DNA of 63,324 nucleotides, counting the filler, from Hyphochytrium catenoides (Eukaryota; Protista; Hyphochytriomycota), in NCBI GenBank assembly GCA_900088475.1. It is 5 parts of 5 records of this genome, joined end to end, with 100 filler letters (N's around TTAATTAATTAA, not from the genome) between each part and the next. Parts side by side here need not be neighbours in the genome. Positions count along the whole stretch, not along the records: positions 1 to 30,937 come from FLMG01002460.1; 4 more parts are not named here. One strand, written 5' to 3'. The translations under genes and the position numbers were made by a program. Positions 12,575 through 24,142 of this stretch are shown here, piece by piece; the first letter of the stretch is position 1; the number at the start of each line of letters is the position of its first letter. A model generated the notes under the pieces. That model did no database searches. It saw nothing but the letters and a program-made list of their open reading frames with translations, and was not told the DNA's origin.

Positions 12575-13612
12575 TTATTCCTTGCCTACAGCGCGGGTGT
12601 AGACCAGCTGAGCGTGATGGTGAGCCACTCTCTTGATAACACCATTCTCCTCAAGCTCTCTGATGGCAGCGCGAGCCAGAGCACCGTTGACCTTGAAACG
12701 CTCGACCAGAGCAGAGGCAGTGACGAGCTTCATCTAAGGGAGAGGAGCATATGAGTTGGGAGTAAGCAAGGTTGGGAGTAAGCCAGGTAGCGAGGCAACA
12801 AGAAATCTCAAGGTCTTTCCTTTGGACCATGGAGCAAAGTCGTAGAAAGGTGAGAATGAGAAGAGGTAGTGTTTGTTCAGAGCAATGATAGGATGTAAGA
12901 AGACTGATTCCCCCATTGCTACGCGGAAAAGACGATGGGGGCGCCCAGATATCTCGGTACAGATTAGAGGCTGGTTGCGCCGGGCTGATGGACCCAGCAC
13001 CTCTAAAATGACCTCACTCTTCCCTAACAGCCGTATCGCGGCCCATCTCGGAAGTAAGAAGCACTCTTCCGAGATGGATTTCTAGGGTTTGTTGACAGTT
13101 AAAGTGCGCAGCGAAGGTGCTACATGGGTATAAACGAAGCCTTTGGAGAGAACTGAGAGAAAGGTACCTTAGGGACTTCGGTCTTGAGGCGGTCATAGTT
13201 ATCCTGGCTGAAGAGGACCTGGTTCGCGACCTTCTCGCGAACCTTGCCCTTGGACCACTTCTTCTTGCCCTTGCGGCCACCTGCCATAGCGGCAAGCGCC
13301 TTCTGCTCCTTGGTCTTCTGCTGAGTCTTAGGAGGCTGGGGAGAGACGAAGACTTAGCATCCACCATCTTTTTCAAACGTCGAGTTAACTATGAGAAGCT
13401 TTCTTGGAGGGCTGTGAACGAAACCGAAGCAAGAAATGATTGTTTCGACCACCCTTCTGTTCACCCTACACCAAGATGCTTCCATGTATCATGACGTGCC
13501 CCTCTTTCGGGCTCCCCTCATGACGGAGGCTTTTAGAAACGCAACATCTCACTTTCCTTCTCTCCCCTTCCCATCTTCGCTTCTAAGGCATCTGCCTAGT
13601 AAAGCTTACCAT
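12575..13612 (-). CDS. RPS25: 40S ribosomal protein eS25
   Basis: ATG (13612-13610) followed by a GTAAGC donor. Exon 13335-13168 encodes [39 protein letters not shown]. Exon 12733-12575 encodes [38 protein letters not shown]. Confidence 0.97.
12891..13088 (-). ncRNA. Intronic box H/ACA snoRNA, predicted guide for the LSU rRNA pseudouridine equivalent to yeast 25S U2191 (snR32-type target)
   Basis: Three hairpins in RPS25 intron 2, including a perfect 12-bp stem (13043-13054/13066-13077), and ACA at 12896-12894. The 3' hairpin pocket CUGGGCG / AAUCA is complementary to conserved LSU UGAUU-UC-UGCCCAG. Confidence 0.75.
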
Positions 13613-14439
13613 GGTTCCGAAGCTTCGATGTGACGAATATAGATAAATGGAACTGAGGCGATGATAACCCGTCAGACGGCACAGAGAGCTCCACAGAGAA
13701 GCAGCAGCAGACCGCGAGCGGCATTGGCGTTGGTGTCGCTGGCCCTGGGAAGCGCTGGGCGGCGATGTATGGAGCAGAGGCTTTCCCTTGGACTCTAGTA
13801 ATAGACCCTCCATAACAACGCTATTTAGGTGTTTATAGCGCAGTAGTAATGCTGGAAGAGGGTCTGGAGTAAACAGACAGCTTCAAAATACTGTCAAACC
13901 TGGGAAGATATTTCGTGGCATTCCTACCTAATAAGCCCATGAAAAGCGTATAAAGTACCCCTGCTAATCTAAGGAATAGTTCCTGAAAAATCAACTCCGA
14001 GCCTATTTAAATTATCATAAAAGCTCAGCTAATAGTTATCATGGGGGCCCTGCCACCCACCCCATTTCAACCAGCCAACCACCTCTCTCCCTGCCTCCCT
14101 CCCTCTCTCTCCTCTCCTCTCCTCTTCCTTGCAGCTGCACTCCTGCGACCGCCGCTCTGCTGTTTCATCATCGCGCACCTCGTCCTCCTTGAAGTCTTGC
14201 AGGCGCTGGAGACGCGCTCGCATTCCTTCCTTCTCTTGGACTGTCTGCTATTGTCTGCTGCTGCTGCTGCTGCCTACCGTCATCAGCGCTGACGGCAGAA
14301 GGAAGAACAATCAGGCAGGCGGTGGGCACATACTAGAGGAGCCGTGAGAGGCCGTGGGACTCTCTGGAAGAGGGCTAGCTTGTGAAACGATACGGAGCTC
14401 TGATAACATAGGTGTAGGCTTTCTCCCTTGATTATAACC

Positions 14440-15360
14440 ATGGCGACAGAAGCAATCCCTGTCCTCGGGAAGAAGATGATGAAGAAGTTGAGCACCATCA
14501 CGAACGACACGGTCGCATCCGGCTTCTCAGACTTCGCCAAGAAGCAGATGCTAAAGATGGGCTGGACCGAGTAAGTTCATGCTCCGTTCACCTTTAATCG
14601 CTGAGTTGGTTCGCTGATGATGTTTCTCTCTCACAGAGGCAAGGGCCTTGGGAAAGATGAGCAGGGCATTGTCAACCATGTAAAAGTGAAGAAGCGCGAG
14701 GAGAACTTGGGGGTGAGGAGTGACACTCTCTTTGCTCTATTTTCATGGATTGTCTTCCAAGTTGCATTGCTCTAGGTTTGGTGAGGTTTCTTCCAAGGGC
14801 CTACTAGCATCTCTGGCTGATCTCTATCTTTCTTGTTCATGCTCCTGCAGCTTGGCGCTGACGATGGCGAGAAGCTGTGGGGAGAGCAGTGGTGGTTCGA
14901 TGCTTATAACAAGACCGCCGCCAAGATCGTAGTCCCCACTGACTCTGAGGACGAGAAGAGTAAGAAGAAGAGCAAGGATAAGAAGAAGGATAAGAGGAAG
15001 AAGCGCAAGAAGGCCTCCGAAAAAGAATCGGTGGAGGACAGTGAAGAAGGCGGCAGTGATGAACCCATCAAGAAGAAGCGGAAGAAGGAGAAGAAGGAGA
15101 AGAAGAAGAAAACCAAGGAAGCCAAGCCCGCACCTACCTTTGAAGATCTCTTCCAAGCAACGGGTGGAGCTTTGATTGGACGGAGAGCATACGCCCCAAG
15201 CACCGGAAAGTGGGCACGCGAAGAGATGCAGACTCTACAGTTCGCCTCAAAGAAGGGATCCGTTAGCACTTCTATCACAGCCATTGAGTCCTCCCGCTGT
15301 CGTCAGGGCTGCTTGCTGAAGGAGCGATCGGTTTGCATCTGCATCAGCCAACAGGCTTAG
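14440..15360 (+). CDS. G-patch domain protein, GPATCH4/PINX1-like
   Basis: FAKKQMLKMGWTEGKGLGKDEQGI..VKVKKREENLGLG, then QWWFDAYNK, a KKE/D-rich tract and FEDLFQATGG; two GT-AG introns. Confidence 0.85.
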
Positions 15361-16207
15361 GAAGCGTGCATGAAGTTCTCTTTCTACAGGGGAACTGTGA
15401 ATATTTATTAACCCTGGGACTGCTTCTTCCACAAGGTGCCCAGGACAACAGCACCTGCTTGGGCAGAATGGTAGCTAAGTGACTTATAGTGAGTCATGCT
15501 TTGTCTTGACGTATAGCCTTCTGAAGCGATGGATTCCTACGCCAATTGACCCATCTCTAGCCCTAACATACAATGTGCTACGGGAGGGAGGGGCTTAACC
15601 TATACGTTATCAAGAGTGACCGAATGCAGTCGCCTTATAGGCGCAGAATTTCCAAAAGGTTCTTCTTTGTCTTTCTTTCTAAACGTTCTAGCAAGATACC
15701 TAAGACATTTATCAAGCCCTTTGCTTTGATTGCTTTTTAAAAGATTGAATGGGCAATCTTTCACTCGAAGGCTTGGTGAAGATAGTGGCAGAAGGGAGAA
15801 CGCTTACATTAGAAAACTGTCATCCGCGCTCCAGATGACGAAAGTTTATTTTGTCTCTTTAGCAAAGACACCAATGGGTTCTGCAGGGGCTCGACGTGTC
15901 GGGTGTTTAATCGGTGCAAGCCTCTGGGAGCAGCAGCCTACACTGATGCTAGCTTATGGGCCTGCAGGGGTGGGTCTCCCCAAATCTAGCAGTAGCATTG
16001 GTCTCGACAGTGTCCTCCTATTCGAGAACTCTAGCAGAGACTTATCCACCGCCGAGTCGGCTCTCACTCCTGGTCCTTTGTAATCAAGCTTTGGAGCTCT
16101 TGCACATTTGATGAAGGGTTTATGCGGCTGCAGGCCAATTACCTTTCATGCGGTGCTTAGCCAATAAATAGGTTAGCCTTAAGGTGCTCCGTCTAACTTC
16201 TGATTCT

Positions 16208-17967
16208 TTACACAGAGGAGTTTCCACTGGAGGAGCAAGTCCTCTGCAGTAGAATAGCGCTGCGCTTGTCTGCTGCTAAGCTTTTCTGACGCTGCAGCCG
16301 TGGATCCATAGTCTTATGATGATCCAGCGCATCCTTTCGACTCAGTCGCTTGATGAGCTCGTATGTAGAGATCACCAGTGATGAAGCAGGGGCAAACCCG
16401 ACAAGCCGTGCCCCTAGCCCTTTCATCAGACCGCGAGCACCCTCTTCCCGCAACAGTGTCCTTGCGACTTGCCTGAGGTTATTGTCCCCACTGTGCTTTT
16501 CCACCTTTGAAGATAAGTCAAGCATAGAAGTCAGAGGCAGAAGTCCAGAGGCGCTGGGCTTGGCCAATGCTCGCGGTGCTGCTAGATCAGTACCTGCAGT
16601 CTAGTGCGTAGGACATCGAGCGGATTGGTGATAATGCAGGATGTGGCACCCGCTGCGAAGCCAGCTATAGCTTGCGCTAGCATTTTCTGGTAGTCACCTA
16701 GAGCTTGAGGAAGAGAACTCTCCACTTGAGGCTGCCATATCGGAAACGATAACATTAAATATGTCAGTGGTCTTCGAAGTTAGAGTTGCACAGAGTGCGA
16801 GTGGATACATACCAAGTAAATAGCGTACGTGCCCCACCAAATGCCCGAAGCGGGGGCAAACTGCGCCACTGAAGCGAAGTAACCCCGGTAGAAGCCTATT
16901 GAGCAGGAAAAGTTAGGGTCATCAGGACGTGGCATGTGCAACCTCGACACCCTAGCGTCCTCCTCAGACTTCTCGCATTCGCTTTGCACCACCTTCCTGG
17001 CGTAACATTTCATCTCTCTATCACCTTTGATGCCTCCGGAGCTGTAGATTTCTCGCACAACGGATAGAGCGGAAGTCTTTTGTTTTTCTACCATCAAGCG
17101 CTGGGATAGGATGTCAATGGGAGTGGCGATCACTTGCGAGACGAGGGAGGCAGAGCCTGCAAAGAGGGTTAATGCGTTCATTAGGCACTTCTGATTCTGC
17201 CAAATGGCTAAGGAGCGTGCGGGGAGACTTCTTCTGCTTACCTCCGCCCAGAGTATTCCTCAGAATGGTCTCATACTTCTCGCTCTGTATAAGGCCAGAG
17301 GACCTGTTGACAACCTTTACCTGGATGCGGACGTACTCATACGTTTGAAAGTAAACCTGCCGGGCCAGGAGACCCAGAGAACTAGTCCAGAATCCTGACA
17401 GAGAGAGCGTAAGACTATCAGCTGCTTGGCACCTATCGTGACTCGTGACAAGTAGGTCTCTTGGTTACCTCTGTATAGCCCCAGTAGACCTTCTGTTCTA
17501 ACGATCTGCAGCGAAGAGGATGTGGTGTGAGCTAGAAGTAGGCTAGGAAGAAAATGCAATGGTCAAAAGAGCGAGAAAGTATGACAAGAGAGAGAAAGAG
17601 GTGTAGAATGAAGGCGAGGCGTACCAGGAAGGCCTAAGAGGAGAGCGAACATAGGCTAACAGGAGAGACGAAGCGAGTGCGGCACAAAGGATAGAGAGGC
17701 ATTTCACAATGGCCTTACCGCTGAGAATGCATGCGGCGTACTACGATACTGCGTGTGACCTCTCTGCACCTGCATCCGCGTCTTCACCAGCGCCGGAGGG
17801 TAAAGAACGGCGCGGACCCCCAAGAAGCCGAGGAAGGTGTAACAGACAAACTGCACGACGGCTCTCGAGGGTCAGGGAGAAGACAGCAAGAAGGCCAGAC
17901 AACACGGACAGGGCATAATATTTACCTTCGTCTTATCAAGATCATCGAAGTCAATGTCCTCATTCAT
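16208..17967 (-). CDS. Mitochondrial carrier family protein, SLC25A44-like
   Basis: Starts MNEDIDFDDLDKTKF, with carrier signatures YPPALVKTRMQ, TPIDILSQRLM and EGARGLMKGLGARL. Confidence 0.88.
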
Positions 17968-18339
17968 CTCGTCTGATGATCCAAATCTCCTGACTTGTCC
18001 AGTCTTCGTCCTTAGTCTCACCAGGTCTTTTAAACTACTGCTCAGAATATGAATAGGTCGCGCTCTGGCCCGTACAGCGTCATCATTCTCTTTAGTTCTT
18101 AAGAGAAATGGATTTCGGTCTCCTTCTCCGTCCGTTCGAAGGCGCTACTGCAGCAGTTCTTTCTGACAAAGTGCGAAAGGAATCAGCTGCCGGACTCTGT
18201 CTTCCTCACCTCGACTGCCTTTTGAAAAACTCCCTGTCAAGGAAAGATTATTGGTGGCACTGTGAGCCAGTAGAAGAAGACGAAGCTAAATAAGTGGGAG
18301 AAGGAAGGGCGCGAGGAGCTGGCAGAGAGTGCGTTTGCG

Positions 18340-18465
18340 AGCGAGTGAGAGGGAGAGAGCGAGAGAGAGCGAGAGAGAGAGAGAGCGAGCAAGAGAGCAA
18401 GAGAGAGACAGAGAAGAGAGAGAGAGAGAGACCGAGCGAGCGAGCGAGAGAGAGAGAGGGAGAGA

Positions 18466-18512
<47 letters not shown>
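18340..18512. repeat. (GA)n/(CT)n microsatellite
   Basis: Long imperfect GA run visible in the sequence. Confidence 0.9.
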
Positions 18513-18513
<1 letters not shown>

Positions 18514-18881
18514 ACGCATGACTGATGAGAAGGACAGTGGGCAGAAGAGCTCATAGAAAGAGTTGGAGATGATGGACCTGTAGGCTGCAGGAGGATACCA
18601 CGCCCTTTTCAGTTGCTTATGACGTGAACGGAGAGGAGCCGCTAACGGGAGGATCTAGGGGCGCGGATTAGTTGAGGTCAGTGCGGACCTCACTCGCTCA
18701 CTCTGTCCTCCCTCGCTCTTTGCTGCTTCATGAGAAGCTTCTTGTGGATCCTTGGAGCGGGCAGTGCCTCCTTGAGTCTGAGACCGCGACTACCTACTAC
18801 CATTTGCCCTTGTCGAGCTTCACCTCGTCCAGGAGCGGAGCTTGGCCAAGCAATTTCCCTCATCAGAACCTTAGGTGAGTG

Positions 18882-18965
18882 AGCTGGCCAAGACTGATGG
18901 CCGCTGCAAATCCTGTGCGAGTTAGCTGGCCAAGGCTGATGGCCGCTGCAAATCCTGTGCGAGTT
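18882..18965. repeat. Tandem duplication, 2 x 42 bp
   Basis: agctggccaag(a/g)ctgatggccgctgcaaatcctgtgcgagtt occurs twice with one mismatch. Confidence 0.9.
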
Positions 18966-19199
18966 GGCTAGAAGGAGGAGTGTCCAGCAGTAGTCCCGGG
19001 GCTCCTCTCAGTAAGATGGAATATTGTTTATTTGCCTGACTCTGTGGCGATAATTTGGACAAAATATTAGCCTCCTGACTAGTTGAACAGCTGCGGAGGC
19101 TCTTAGGTACTCTTCGACTCACAGCTCAGGTGGCTCTACATATATCTCTCTGGATCTCTCTGGGTGCTCAGTTGTTACCCTCGACAGTGGAGTCTGTCA

Positions 19200-21034
19200 C
19201 TAGTCGGCTGCGCCACACATAAAGGATCTCCAGAAAGTAGGGAAAGTCCTTCTCTTCTGCCCAGAGCTTTCCTCTCCTTCAGATTTCTTAGGCGTCGAAG
19301 AAGCTGTGAATAAACTGAGGAACCTCGCTGGCCCTTCCCATCTAAAGTGATTGCTCCGCGATGAGGCGCGTCTTGACCGCATCACGTGCGACCGAAAAGC
19401 TTGTGAGTTGTCATAGTAGTGCGTCAGGTCCGCCTTTACTGTTTCTACCCGTGGGTAAGGCATCAGCAGCTGGGAGGGAATCGTGCCATGTCGTGGGTTG
19501 TCTTGAGGATTGATCAGTGGCAGCTTCAAATAGCTGCAGAAGGGGTTACAATGTGGTGCACTAGCAGGTGGAGGACGCAGCTATCCTACCGGCAGATTGC
19601 ATTGCAGCGGTGACTAGCAAGGAACTTGTCTATCCCCCGATTCCCCAGGTTGCCTTTGCCAAACTGTTTGCCTGTACTCTGGACGGTCCAGTGCGAGTGC
19701 CAAGAGTCAGAGATGAGAGAAGGAGAGAGTGTGAGGAGTTAGAGATGCGAGGAAGAGTGAACACGAGACCTCCAAAGTAACCTACCGTGTGGATCTGGGG
19801 ATCCGTATAGCAGTCACCGCAGCCCTGTATATCCACTACAAGCAGAGTATGCCCGGAGGCCTCATAGGTGAAATGAGAGAAAGCCTACATAGTTTTGACT
19901 CAAGTAAGGCAAGAACATTCTGCTACGGCATTTCATGAAGAGTCGAGCTTGTGAATGTACCTGCGGCGTGTTCCTCCTCAGCTGACTGACATATCCATTG
20001 TTATTGTTATGCTTCCGGTACTCGCCAGAGATAAAACGCTCAACGCCACAGAGCTTGTTCCCTTGGTCCACCAACTGCAGCACCCACGCCTTCACGAATT
20101 CGACGCGTAATGGTGGGCTATAAGAGTTATACAGCGCCGCATAGTGAGCGCAATGAGCCTGCATCTCCACATCCCTGGTCCGCGGTAATGGATAAGAGGA
20201 TGAGCTTTCCTTAGCATTTCGGGTTTGTGCCTTTCACCACTGACCTAAAGTAGGTGTCAGGATCCTCATATGGATCCATCGATATTTTGGCCACATACGA
20301 CAAAGAGCCAAACGACTGGCTGCCTTGCCGGGTCTCCTCTTCAGCACTCAAATCCTAAATAACGGAGCAGAAGCCTCAGAGAAGAAACCATGATAAAGAG
20401 CCGCACACAGCCAACCTGCATGTGATAGACAATGCGGAGGCCGCCCTTAGCAAAGGGCAAGGGATCCAGCTTGATGCGAATTGGCTGTGACTCCCACTGC
20501 ATCAACAGACATCAAAATGATTGAAGAGGGTTACATGTCAGACTTCGATCCTCTGCTTGGACGCTACCATTAGGTACAATATGGCACCTGACGAGTAGTC
20601 AAACAGAAAGTATGCTTGATGGCTTGCTGCTCCGTGATGCTAGAGAAATCGGGAGGGGGCCTGGGTACGCTATCGGAAGACGTCTGCTGATTAAAGTCCG
20701 CTCCTTCCTCCTCCGCAACGGCTGACGACGCGCCAAAGCGCCCTCCATCATCCTCTAACTGCTCCTTGCGAACCTGGAATTCGGTCCGTGAGATATACCC
20801 CTCATGCAAAAGAAGTGTGAGATTGCGTAGCTTTGAGAGATATTCTTCGCCCCTCGTGGGTGTTGGAGCAGGGCTTTGGCTGCTAGCGCACAGGGAACGC
20901 CCTTTGGTAGACTCTAATTCCTCAGCTGACAATGTCTCATAGCTTATACCGCCGCGCTCACTACGTGGTGTAGCTGTCTCACTCCTCTCGGGAGACAAAG
21001 GTTGGTTCTTGGTGGAGATCGTCATGTTCTGCAT
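19200..21034 (-). CDS. Alpha-kinase (eEF2K/MHCK family) with N-terminal SHOCT-like motif
   Basis: PFAKGGLRIVY, YVAK, DVEMQAHC, VERFISGEYRKHNNNNG, PQAFSHFTYEAS, VVDIQG..YTDPQIHT, FGKGNLG..FLASHRCNAIC. Confidence 0.92.
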
Positions 21035-22166
21035 TTAGGTAGATAGTACCTTGGCGCTCTACAAAGACGGCTCCATGGCACGACGAACATCATTGGAATG
21101 TCTCCAATGGCATGTCCTCCCCGGCATCTCTGGATAACTAACAGCTTTCTCAGAGTTAGAGAAAAGCGCAATGTGAACTGCTTTCCTAGTCTTAAGCTTT
21201 GAAATGTGCAAGCGCCTTCCGCGCTTAGTAAGGATGCGTAATGGTGAGGCCAGTTCTTAGGGTGGCTCGCTCTGCCTCCCGCGAGTCCAAAGTCATCGCT
21301 CCCGTTCGCTCCCGTTCCCAGGTAATCCTCACATCCTCTACAGCTGCAAAGGCAAGCAGGAAGTGGCCGTCACACTCGAGAAGACCAGAGGACCAAGCCG
21401 AAAGAGATCTAGGCGATGGTGATGGAGGCGATGAAGGCTGATGCAGAGTCAGAAGTATGAGGAGCGATGAGATTCTTCTGGCTCGTTGACGGGCTGAAGG
21501 ATCAGAATTTCTCTCCTTTCTTCGTTCTCTGTAAAAATCGTGTTCTCCCTTCCCGCACCTTGTCCTTTTGTGTCCTTCACTAGAGAGCTCCCCCAGGACC
21601 TTAGAGCCGTGACGTTTGGTTACTAAAGTGTAGAATCCTATCTCTGATAACCAAACCAAAATCCCTACCGCCGGTTAATGTGGCAGAGGCACGTGAGAGG
21701 TACTGCTGAGGAAAGATCAGCACTCCATTAGGAAGTGCGCCTGGCGCTGGGAAATCTATGAGGTTTGATTCCCAAACGGAAGCGAAAGAGTTCCAGACGG
21801 ATCTTCACACTCGCTCTCCCCTTTCCCCAGCGGATTGAAGCACCTGGACCGCTTCCTCGTTGTCTGCTCCCGCTCGCCCTTTGCTTCTCACGCTTCGCCT
21901 GGGATAAGCAGGCGCTTCTTCATCGCTGTGCATCTCATCTAACCAACTCTGATCTTCAGTGTCTCATCCCTTTATCCCTAGCGCGGGAACCTCTTCCAGT
22001 CACTGGAGAGCAGCCACAACCTAGTGTCCTGGCAGAAGCCTTCTCCAAGGAGGCTGTAACTTTAATCAACTTTAGCAAAACTTTTCTCGCGCGCTGACTG
22101 ATTGGGATACTGGATAGCCTGAGTAGCTAATCTCTTCCCCTAGATTGGTGGCTACCTCTAGCCAGG

Positions 22167-24058
22167 ATGGTGCTAGAATCAACCATGATATGGTAAGTGG
22201 GAAGCTATCTCACTTTTTGCAGCCCAGACTTTGGGTCTGACATTGGGCGGGCCGCTAGTCTTGATAACTCAGAATGGATGCGAAATGGAGATTACATTCC
22301 AACCAGGCTAGAAGCACAGCACGACGCTGCAAACCTTCTCTGCGGCGCCAAAACTCAGTCAAATCCCGAAAGTACAGTTGGAGTGCTTACTATGGCTGGC
22401 CGAAAGTACGTATCTCACAACGTAATAGCTAAACAGGCTCATCCTCAATCCTGCGTGGTCACAGCGTGGAGGTCCTCGTGTCCCCAACCGAGGACTTGGG
22501 AAAACTCCTGGCAGCCTTGCATGGCGTTCCTGTTTGTGGGCAGATAAAGTTGTCTAACGCCGTTCAAGTGGCGCAGGTAAGTTGCCGAGAGCAAAATAGT
22601 CACTGATACCCACTACTGCGTCGGAACACCCTACGAACTGACTCTGCTCATTGTTCATCAGCTGGCTCTTAAGCATCGCCGTAACAAGAAAGGGGCACAG
22701 CGGATCATCGTCTTTGTGGGATCCCCAGTCTCAGAGGACAAGGCCACATTGGTCAAACTAGCAAAGCTTCTCAAGAAGAATAATGTGGGCTAGACTGTAT
22801 GCCCTCGTTTCCATGTAACCCACATTCTAAGCTTGGCGTTTCCTACAGGTTGCCGTCGATATAGTGAGTCTAGGAGAGATTGATGAGAATCAAGAAAAGC
22901 TGCAAGCTTTCGTGGAGGCAGTTGACAGCAACAATAACAGGTTAGGGAATCAACAGATTGCCATACTTCTTACCATAAGCATTCTCAACTGTACCTTCAT
23001 TCCGTCCTCGGCCTCAACGCAGCCATTTGGTGACAATTCCTCCAGGGGTTCTACCTTCAGACGTCCTAGTCTCTTCCCCAGTCGTGCATGGCGGCGAAGG
23101 TGGAGCGGCAGTGCCACGAGGCGAGGGAGCGTTTGGTGATTTTGGTGGAGTAGATCCCAGCATGGATCCAGAACTGGCCCTGGTATATGCCAAGATGTTC
23201 TCGGCGCCTATGCAAGGGTTAAAGGGTGTTAATGCTTCCATTTCAGGCCTTACGTGTATCTATGGAGGAGGAAAGAGCGAGGCAAGAGGCTGCTGCAAGG
23301 AAGGCAGCAGAAGAGGCGGCACAGAAAGGAGAAGCAGTGGCCCCAGCAGATAGCAAAAGTCCGGCTCCGGCTCCGGGAAGCATAGCGGAGGGCAAAGCCG
23401 CTCCAGCAGGAGAGAGCGATGAACTCTTGCGAAAGGTTGAACTTTCAGCTTAGAGGCCCATAGACAGTCAGTCGGAAAGCTGATACTTTGTTTTTCCATC
23501 ACAGGCTTTATCGATGTCAATGGGCGAGACCGGTGATGAGGTAAGCACACAGTATCAATGATTCAGGGATTGAGGAGGCGTAAATAAAAGTTCCCACCTT
23601 CATATCTTTGACTCAGGATCCCGAACTGGCGATGGCTCTGCAGATGTCGATGCAAGACGCCACTGCGGCACAACCGAAGCCTCCTTCTCCGCCGCCCCGC
23701 GCAGCACCTGCCTCACCGAAAAAGGCTGCAGCGGCTGCCCCTTCTTCTCCTAAGCGGACCCCAGCTCCTGCCCCTGCTGAAGCGAAACCATCCCAACAAC
23801 AGGCCTTTTTGGACCCTTCCTTCGTCTCATCTCTGCTTTCAGGACTGCAAGGCGTCGATGCGAATGACCCCAGGATTCAGGTACGAAAAGCGATTGTCAA
23901 AGTCGTTCTGCGCTTGTTATGCTTTCCTGTTGGCGTTAGCATTAACAATATCTGTGATGATTCGTTTTCAGGCTGCAATGGCCCAGATAAGCAATCCGGG
24001 ACGGAAGGAGGAGAAGAAGGAGGACAAGCAGGCGAAGGACAAAGATGCGAAAAAGTAA
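22167..24058 (+). CDS. RPN10: 26S proteasome ubiquitin receptor Rpn10/PSMD4
   Basis: [29 protein letters not shown] vWA domain, [15 protein letters not shown], and [25 protein letters not shown]. Confidence 0.97.
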
Positions 24059-24142
24059 GAGAGTAGCGGGCAGCGTCCTCAGCAACGGAGAAGTTAGCTT
24101 CCACGATACCGCAGCTCAGTAATAAAAAGTGTCTAGTGTTTA

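Noticed and set aside
13336-13367. Apparent 29-nt ultra-short first intron of RPS25 (ATG|GTGGAT...CAG)
   Set aside because: An upstream ATG at 13612-13610 followed by a consensus GTAAGC donor gives a better 274-nt intron.
14029-14292. Small charged ORF between RPS25 and the G-patch gene (and a similar one at 49597-49851)
   Set aside because: Low complexity, no recognisable motif or splice support, and the mutual similarity is limited to a purine run.
21029-21049. 21-nt micro-intron extending the alpha-kinase N-terminus
   Set aside because: Splicing it leads to stops in the upstream ATG frames, so there is no coding gain.
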